The notes below the pieces were generated by a model. It saw only the letters and a list, made by a program, of their open reading frames with translations, ran no database searches and had not been told where the DNA came from. A DNA stretch of 32,000 nt from Okeania sp. (GTDB taxonomy: Bacteria; Cyanobacteriota; Cyanobacteriia; Cyanobacteriales; Microcoleaceae), in the NCBI RefSeq assembly GCF_035285525.1, contig NZ_JAYKGW010000235.1, positions 1-32,000 of the forward strand, read 5' to 3'. Below, one piece after another: positions 19,614 through 25,547 of the stretch (the first letter of the stretch is position 1; every line of letters starts with the position of its first letter). Made by a program: the position numbers and the translations under genes.

Positions 19614-20759
19614 ATGGGGGGAGGTATTTATTTAATTCAAGATAATGACCAACTTGTGGAAATGACTGAACAAGCTTATGATTCTGAAGATCAACTGCAA
19701 GAATATCTGGAAACTTATCCTAATCTTTTAGCAGGAGATGATATAGATAGAGGTATTCCTAGAAGATGGTTATTAATTTCACAGGACATAGCCACATCAA
19801 AAGAAGAAGATATAACTCAGGAATGGGCATTATCTCATTTATTTCTTGACCAAGAAGCAATTCCGACATTAGTAGAAATAAAACCGACTCATAATAGAGA
19901 TGTTCGGCAAAAAGTGGTTGGTCAAATGATTGATTATGCAGCTAATGCCGGAGTTTATTGGCCTATCGAATCAATTATTACTAAGTTTGAGGTTAATTGT
20001 CGAGAGCATGGTCGCGATCCAGAACAAGTATTTGAAAAGTTTCTAGGGAAAGATGCTCATGAGGAGAAGTTTTGGCAGAAAGTGAAAACTAATCTACAAG
20101 CAGGTAAAATTCGTTTAGTATTTGTAGCAGAGAATATTTCAGCAGAACTACGAAGGATTGTAGAATTTCTGAATGGACAGATGGATCCAGTAGAAATTTT
20201 AGCACTAGAAATTAAACAGTATGTTAGTCAGGATGGTTTAAGGACTTTAGTTCCTAGGGTAATTGGTCAAACTACGGAAGCGCAACTGAAAAAATCAAGT
20301 ACCACTCGCGAGAGAAGGAAGTGGGATGAGACATCTTTTTTTCAGGAGTTTAAAACGAGATGGGGTGCTGATGAAGCATCAATAGTGATAAAAATTCATA
20401 ACTGGGCGAAAAATCAAGGACCTTTGGTGAAAATTCAGTGGGGTAGGGGGGACGTTTATGGTGGTTTTGCAGCAATAGTTAATCAGCAAGGGAGAAAAAA
20501 TCTAGAGTTGTTTAGTATTGATATTTCTGGTAGTCTAGAAATTTATTCTAATAATTATAGTTGTCAACCTCCATTTAATAGTAATAGTAAATGGTTAGAG
20601 TTGAGAGGTAAACTTAGTTCTATTGGTTTAGCTTTACCTGGAAATGCTGAGGAGTTTAGAGCGCCTAGTCTACGTTTATCAACTTTGGAAGATGATGCAG
20701 CATTGGAGCAAGTAATAGAAACTTTTAATTGGGTTATTGAGGAAATTAATCAAGGTTAA
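19614..20759 (+). CDS. Orphan protein with an N-terminal RecB/NucS-like PD-(D/E)xK nuclease core and an uncharacterised C-terminal domain
   Basis: 381 aa. D79 (HLFLD), E88-I-K90 (TLVEIK) and Q104xxxY108 (GQMIDYAANA) have the spacing of RecB-family nucleases. The lead-in (QLVEM.E..Y.SEDQLQEYLETYPNLL) resembles NucS/DUF91-type proteins. The C-terminal 170 aa are unassigned. Confidence 0.6.
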   Translation: MGGGIYLIQDNDQLVEMTEQAYDSEDQLQEYLETYPNLLAGDDIDRGIPRRWLLISQDIATSKEEDITQEWALSHLFLDQEAIPTLVEIKPTHNRDVRQKVVGQMIDYAANAGVYWPIESIITKFEVNCREHGRDPEQVFEKFLGKDAHEEKFWQKVKTNLQAGKIRLVFVAENISAELRRIVEFLNGQMDPVEILALEIKQYVSQDGLRTLVPRVIGQTTEAQLKKSSTTRERRKWDETSFFQEFKTRWGADEASIVIKIHNWAKNQGPLVKIQWGRGDVYGGFAAIVNQQGRKNLELFSIDISGSLEIYSNNYSCQPPFNSNSKWLELRGKLSSIGLALPGNAEEFRAPSLRLSTLEDDAALEQVIETFNWVIEEINQG

Positions 20760-20918
20760 TTCAGTTATTAGTTATTAGTTATCAGTTATATCAGACCTAG
20801 ATAATTAATTATTGTAGTCATTGTGACTGTAAGGGAGTGAAAGGAAGCAATGTTAGGATTTTAGGAGATTGTTTCCTATTGTCGAATGTGATATTCAAAC
20901 AAATTCTATATTATTATT

Positions 20919-20947
20919 TAGCTTCTTCCCTAGAAGCTAAGTTTTTC
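20919..20947 (+). terminator. Candidate intrinsic terminator
   Basis: TAGCTTCT-TCCCT-AGAAGCTA (8-bp stem, 5-nt loop) followed by AGTTTTT, 160 bp downstream of the 381-aa gene. Confidence 0.45.
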
Positions 20948-21017
20948 ATGCTGTGGAGCAAAATAGTACCTCCAGAAATAGGAATGTAGTAAGACAGTGT
21001 TTTCTTTTTTTATCCTT

Positions 21018-21265
21018 ATTAATGGTGCTGATAAATTTTAATGTTTAGGGATTTAGTTAGCTAAAACCTCAAGTAAATTTATAGCAGATTTTATCGAGCA
21101 TTTAGTAACATTAATATTATAGGTAGGATACTTGTGTTACTGTTTAACGGTGCTGATAGATTTGAATGTTTAGGGATTTAGTTAGTTAAAACCTCAAGTA
21201 AATTTATAGCAGATTTTATCGAGCATTTAGTAACATTAATATTACAGGCAGGATGCTTGTGTTAC
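21018..21265. repeat. Tandem duplication, 2 x about 125 bp, directly upstream of and overlapping the kinase 5' end
   Basis: GGTGCTGATA starts at 21024 and 21149 (period 125). The copies are near-identical by eye through ...GAGCATTTAGTAACATTAATATTAYAGGYAGGATRCTTGTGTTAC. Confidence 0.9.
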
Positions 21266-22117
21266 CTTATTTATGATCTTGATAATATCATACTTTTATA
21301 TCTAGGTGTAAATAATTTCAAAATAATTATATCTGATTCTCTTGTCGGTGAAATTCTTGGTGGTAGGTATGACATTTGGGCTGATATTGGAAAAGGTGGA
21401 AGTAGTTTTGTTTATTTGGCTAAAAAATTAAATAACAATGAACGTTATGCTATGAAAACAATTTCTACAGATGAAAAAAATGCAATTAAATTCTTAGAAA
21501 GAGAGACTGATACTTGAAAACGTCTTAATCATCCTCATATTGTAAAGATTATAGATTATGGTTATGAAGAACGTCATAATTTGGTTTATTTAGTATTAGA
21601 ATATTTAGATGGTCAAGATATTAGAAATTATTTTGATAGTGGGATTGATTTAAAAACAAAGTTGAGTTGATTTTTGCAGATTATTGATGGGATTAGTCAT
21701 GGTCATGGAAAGAATATTATTCATAGGGATATTAAACCAGATAATATTAAGGTGATAGATATTGATGAGGAACCACAAGCAAAAGTTTGAGATTTTGGTA
21801 TAGCTATTATTACTACTACTTTGTTAACAAATACGATTAGAAGTTATCATACACCTTTATTTTCTGCGCCGGAACAAATTAATCTTGAGGGAGTTTCTAG
21901 AGATTCGGATGTTTTTTCTTTGGGGATGACTTTTTTATATTTATTATCAACTCCGTCGGAGGGAATTAAATTTCAAGATGAAAGGGATAAAAATATTCTT
22001 TATGAGTCTGTTGAAGAAGTTTTAAATGATTATGAAAATTCTCAAAATTTAATAGAAAATTTTCAAGCTGGGACAAGTATAGATCGCGAACAACGTCTTC
22101 TTACAACAAAATATTGA
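21257..22117 (+). pseudogene. Hanks-type Ser/Thr protein kinase in a single frame interrupted by three in-frame TGA codons, with no ATG start
   Basis: Motifs IGKGGSSFVY, YAMK, FLERE, HPHIV, LVLEYLDG, HRDIKPDNI, DFGIA, SAPE and DVFSLG all lie in one frame. TGA occurs at 21515-21517, 21668-21670 and 21788-21790, and the terminal TGA is at 22115-22117. The 5' limit is nominal (TTG). Confidence 0.8.
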
Positions 22118-22187
22118 GATAGGTTTGCGAATTAAACCGACAGAAAATAAATTGGAAAAAGATATATAAGTTTTTTTGAGGGGAGGG

Positions 22188-22511
22188 ATGGATAACGAAA
22201 TTAAAGATTTTGAAAATAAGATTAGAAAATATCATTCACTTCTTGAAGCAATAGTGCTTGATTATAAATCAGTAGGCTATCCTTTCTATGTCTTATGTCT
22301 TCACTTAACTTATTTGGCAAATAGAGAATTACAATTATTAGAATAGTTTGTGCTGAAATCTATTACTAATGGGTTGGCAAGAATACAAGAAATTTATAGT
22401 TTTCTTGGTATAGAAATTTATCAAATAGAAAAAGTATTATCAGAATTAATTTCTAGAGATTTAGTCAAAAAACTTGACAAAATAGAGAAGTTATGTGCTT
22501 GCCAATATTGA
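22188..22511 (+). pseudogene. Small ORF downstream of the kinase with one in-frame TAG; possibly a winged-helix-like protein
   Basis: ATG at 22188 is preceded by GAGGGGAGGG. TAG at 22344-22346 and TGA at 22509-22511. The segment FVLKSITNGLARIQEIYSFLGIEIYQIEKVLSELISRDLV looks HTH-like, but the assignment is weak. Confidence 0.35.
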
Positions 22512-22640
22512 TTTTATCCTCCAAAGGTGGATTTGATATAATAGTAAATCCGGTTATTATAGACTGATTATAAAGTGAAGCATAATATATATATTTGTAA
22601 TCAGCTTTTCGTTCATCGGATTTGGTATTAATAGCTAAAG

Positions 22641-22689
22641 TGCTGACTACTAATAGTTGTTGGAGCAGCATTTCCCAGGAAATGCTTAC
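22641..22689. repeat. Dispersed hairpin repeat copy (inverted orientation)
   Basis: TGCTGACTACTAATAGTTGTTGGAGCAGCATTTCCCAGGAAATGCTTAC. Confidence 0.65.
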
Positions 22690-22722
22690 ATTATTTTAAT
22701 AATAAATTTAAAGGTAATTAAA

Positions 22723-22953
22723 ATGAATTTAGCTGATTTAAAAATAGGAGAAACAGGAATAGTCAAGCAAGTATTAGAGGTTGGTTGTCAACCAGGAATA
22801 GTTCAGAGATTAACAGCAATGGGAATAGTTTCTGAGAGGCCAGTGCAGGTCTTACGAAAGGCTATATTTAATGGACCTTTGCACATTCGAGTTGGAGCAA
22901 CCACAGAAATAGCTATTCGACTTCAGGAAGCAGAAATGATTATTATTAAATAA
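22723..22953 (+). CDS. feoA: Ferrous iron transport protein A
   Basis: 76 aa from the ATG at 22723 (the track ORF starts upstream inside a repeat). SH3-like FeoA pattern L..L..GE.G.V........G...RL.AMGI..........A..GP..I.V. Confidence 0.85.
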   Translation: MNLADLKIGETGIVKQVLEVGCQPGIVQRLTAMGIVSERPVQVLRKAIFNGPLHIRVGATTEIAIRLQEAEMIIIK

Positions 22954-23233
22954 GTCAAAAGTCAAAAAGACATCTCCGGAAAAGAGGGAACACTTAACTG
23001 GGAACAGGTATGGAGGGAATAGGGAATACAAATTGATGATTTATGAATAATAATTGATTCTATTTTTTATTTTTGGAGATGTCTAAAGTAAGAAGAAAAT
23101 TATAGCGGTCAATAGAATTTAATGATGGTGACTGCTAATAGCAGAAATGATTATTATTAAATAAGTCAAAAGTCAAAATTAAGAAGAAAATTATAGCGGT
23201 CAATAGAATTTAATGATGCTGACTATTAATAGC
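22930..23233. repeat. Tandem duplication spanning the feoA 3' end; the first copy is split by a MITE
   Basis: A1 at 22930-22967 equals A2 at 23141-23178 (GCAGAAATGATTATTATTAAATAAGTCAAAAGTCAAAA). B1 at 23089-23142 is near-identical to B2 at 23179-23233 (TAAGAAGAAAATTATAGCGGTCAATAGAATTTAATGATG...). Confidence 0.9.
22968..23084. mobile_element. 117-bp MITE-like insertion (termini AGACATCTCC / GGAGATGTCT)
   Basis: Terminal inverted repeat AGACATCTCCGGAAAA ... TTTTTGGAGATGTCT. It is absent from the second copy of the duplication. Related sequence (CCGGAGATG..., CCTCCATACCTGTT) lies at 3611-3700. Confidence 0.7.
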
Positions 23234-23266
23234 TGAATGCGAGCGAATTCCGCAGGAAATACTTAC
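23218..23266. repeat. Dispersed hairpin repeat copy (inverted orientation)
   Basis: GCTGACTATTAATAGCTGAATGCGAGCGAATTCCGCAGGAAATACTTAC. Confidence 0.7.
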
Positions 23267-23306
23267 CTGTTAACTAATAACTAATAACTAATAACTGATA
23301 AATGAA

Positions 23307-25133
23307 ATGACTTGCCATAACAATAATACATCAACAATTACTAAATCTAATTTAGCCAAAAGAGTTGCTTTAATTGGAATGCCAAATACAGGCAAATCTA
23401 CTTTTTTCAATCAAATTACTGGAGTTTCAGCTCATGTAGGAAATTGGCCGGGAATAACAGTTGATGTCTTGGAAGCTGAGGTGAAAATAAATAATGAAAT
23501 AACGCAATTTATAGACTTACCAGGAGTCTATAATCTTAACGGTTTTTCTGAAGATGAAAAAGTTGTACAAATATTCCTAGAAAATAATCCTGTCGATCTA
23601 ATAATAGTAGTTATTAATGCTTCACAAATTGACCGTCAAATTATCCTGCCATTGCAGATAAAAGCTTTTGGTTTCCCCGCAATTTTGATGCTAAATATGT
23701 CAGATGAAGCTAAAAAATATGGAATTAAAATAGACACGGAAAAATTATCTCAACGTTTGGAAATGCCAGTTTTTTTAATAAGTGCTAAATATGGTAAAGG
23801 TTATATGAAGGCATATTTGGCAATTTCTGAAAAGTTAAAAGAGAATCAAAGTTCAACTACATTAGATATCTTAAAAGCACAAGAAAATATTTCCGTTAAA
23901 GAAATAAATACTGTCTTAAATGAAGTTGTGACTATGCCTTCAGAAATAGCCAAAAATTTCACAGCTCAAGTCGATAAAATTCTGCTTCATCCTGTCTGGG
24001 GTTTACCCTTATTTTTCCTGGGAATGTTCTTAGTTTTTTGGGCAGTTTGGAATATCGGACTTCCTTCAGTAGACCTCTTGGATATGGTGGTTGAATGGAT
24101 ACAATTATTAATTGTTGAACCTCTAGTTCAACCTTTACCACAGTTACTTCAAGACTTTCTAATTAATGGAGTTTGGGCAGGGGTGACAACAGTTGCTTCT
24201 TTTGTGCCTTTAATTATTGTATTTTTTATAATTATGGCAGTCTTAGAAGATAGTGGATATCTATCACGTTCTGCTTATTTAATGGATGCCTTTATGGCAA
24301 AATTAGGTTTAGATGGACGTAGTTTTGTACTGCATATAATGGGGTTTGGTTGTAATGTTCCAGCATTAATGGGAACTAGAGTAATGCGATCGCGTGCTTT
24401 ACGACTTTTAACTATGTTAATTATTCCTTTTGGTTTATGTTCGGCACGACTTCAGGTATTTGTATTTATTATTGCTGCGATATTTCCAAATGGTAATGGA
24501 GCGATAGTTTTATTCTCTCTATATATCCTCAGTTTTTTGGTTGCTATGATCGTTGCAGCCTTATTTCAAGGAATATATAAAAATGAAGAACCTTTCCTTT
24601 TAGAACTACCTCCTTATCGTTTACCTACATTAAAACAAATTTTACTGAGAAGTTGGGGAGAAGTCAGAGAATTTTTAGTTAGAGCATCTGGCTTTATTAC
24701 TTTTGGTTGTATTGCAGTTTGGGTACTTACAAATTTACCTCCAGGAGCAACAGGATTAGATACAATTGGTGGTCAAATTGGGCAATTTATGAGTTTTATT
24801 ATGGAGCCTATTGGCATCAATCCTTATTTAACATTATCTCTATTTTTTGGGTTTATTGCTAAGGAAATTGTGATTGGTTCTTTAGCAGTTATTTATAGCA
24901 TGAGTGAACAAAATGTTAGTAGTAATATTGCGGATACAGTTACTTTTATTCAAGGATATAGTTTCTGTATTTTTTGTTTGCTTTATACCCCATGTTTATC
25001 TACTTTAGCTACTTTAATTAAAGAGTCAAAATCATGGAAATTTTCTCTACTTTCTTTAGTATTTCCATTAGTTTTAGCTTGGTTATCTAGTTTCATTTTT
25101 TACCAAAGCGCTCTGGCTTTACTGAAGAATTAA
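23307..25133 (+). CDS. feoB: Ferrous iron transporter FeoB (GTPase plus membrane permease)
   Basis: 608 aa. G1 GMPNTGKST, G3 DLPG, G4 NMSD, followed by a polytopic membrane domain. Confidence 0.93.
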   Translation: MTCHNNNTSTITKSNLAKRVALIGMPNTGKSTFFNQITGVSAHVGNWPGITVDVLEAEVKINNEITQFIDLPGVYNLNGFSEDEKVVQIFLENNPVDLIIVVINASQIDRQIILPLQIKAFGFPAILMLNMSDEAKKYGIKIDTEKLSQRLEMPVFLISAKYGKGYMKAYLAISEKLKENQSSTTLDILKAQENISVKEINTVLNEVVTMPSEIAKNFTAQVDKILLHPVWGLPLFFLGMFLVFWAVWNIGLPSVDLLDMVVEWIQLLIVEPLVQPLPQLLQDFLINGVWAGVTTVASFVPLIIVFFIIMAVLEDSGYLSRSAYLMDAFMAKLGLDGRSFVLHIMGFGCNVPALMGTRVMRSRALRLLTMLIIPFGLCSARLQVFVFIIAAIFPNGNGAIVLFSLYILSFLVAMIVAALFQGIYKNEEPFLLELPPYRLPTLKQILLRSWGEVREFLVRASGFITFGCIAVWVLTNLPPGATGLDTIGGQIGQFMSFIMEPIGINPYLTLSLFFGFIAKEIVIGSLAVIYSMSEQNVSSNIADTVTFIQGYSFCIFCLLYTPCLSTLATLIKESKSWKFSLLSLVFPLVLAWLSSFIFYQSALALLKN

Positions 25134-25547
25134 TTAATAATAATTAAGGAGTAGGGAGTAGGGAATAGGAAGAGAAGTCAGAAACCGGTTTTCTCTCAGG
25201 GATTAGGGACGTTGCATACAACCTACATCTACGGGAGAAAAATTTTTGCCCTTGTTTCGGACCTGCATCCAACCTAAATCTATTCCATCATTTAAGATGA
25301 AACAATCCACTACCAATAGCTTCCCACTCTTCCCAAACTTCCCACCTTTGCTGTATTTCGGCAAGAGTTGGGCATAAAAACCAAGGGATAATTTTTCTGA
25401 TTTCTCGGGAACCGTGTACGTCTTGTATAACTTCTCTAAATCCTCGCTCTTAACTACTCCCTACTCCCTGTTCCCTACTCCCTTTAAAAAAAAACAACTA
25501 AGGAGTAAAATTAAAGACAAATCTGCCAAAATTCAAGCCAACATTTA

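Noticed and set aside
21515-21790. Selenocysteine decoding of the three TGA codons
   Set aside because: No stem-loop is visible immediately downstream of any TGA. The positions are structural hydrophobic sites of the kinase fold rather than redox Cys sites, and three Sec codons in a kinase would be unprecedented.
22465-22671. 68-aa minus-strand ORF
   Set aside because: It overlaps the tail of the HTH-like ORF and a dispersed repeat copy, and its start lies within the repeat. Likely spurious.
22690-22722. Fur-box upstream of feoA (TTATTTTAATAATAA) and heptamers before feoB resembling GATAAT hexamers
   Set aside because: These cannot be distinguished from the background AT-richness and STRR heptamers without a position-weight-matrix scan or binding data.
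25290-25335. Motif TTTAAGATGAAACAATCCACTAC (also 30683-30710) as a possible CRISPR repeat or RNA gene
   Set aside because: Only two isolated copies in different spacers, with no array structure. It is probably part of a degraded repeat or a remnant C-terminal coding fragment.
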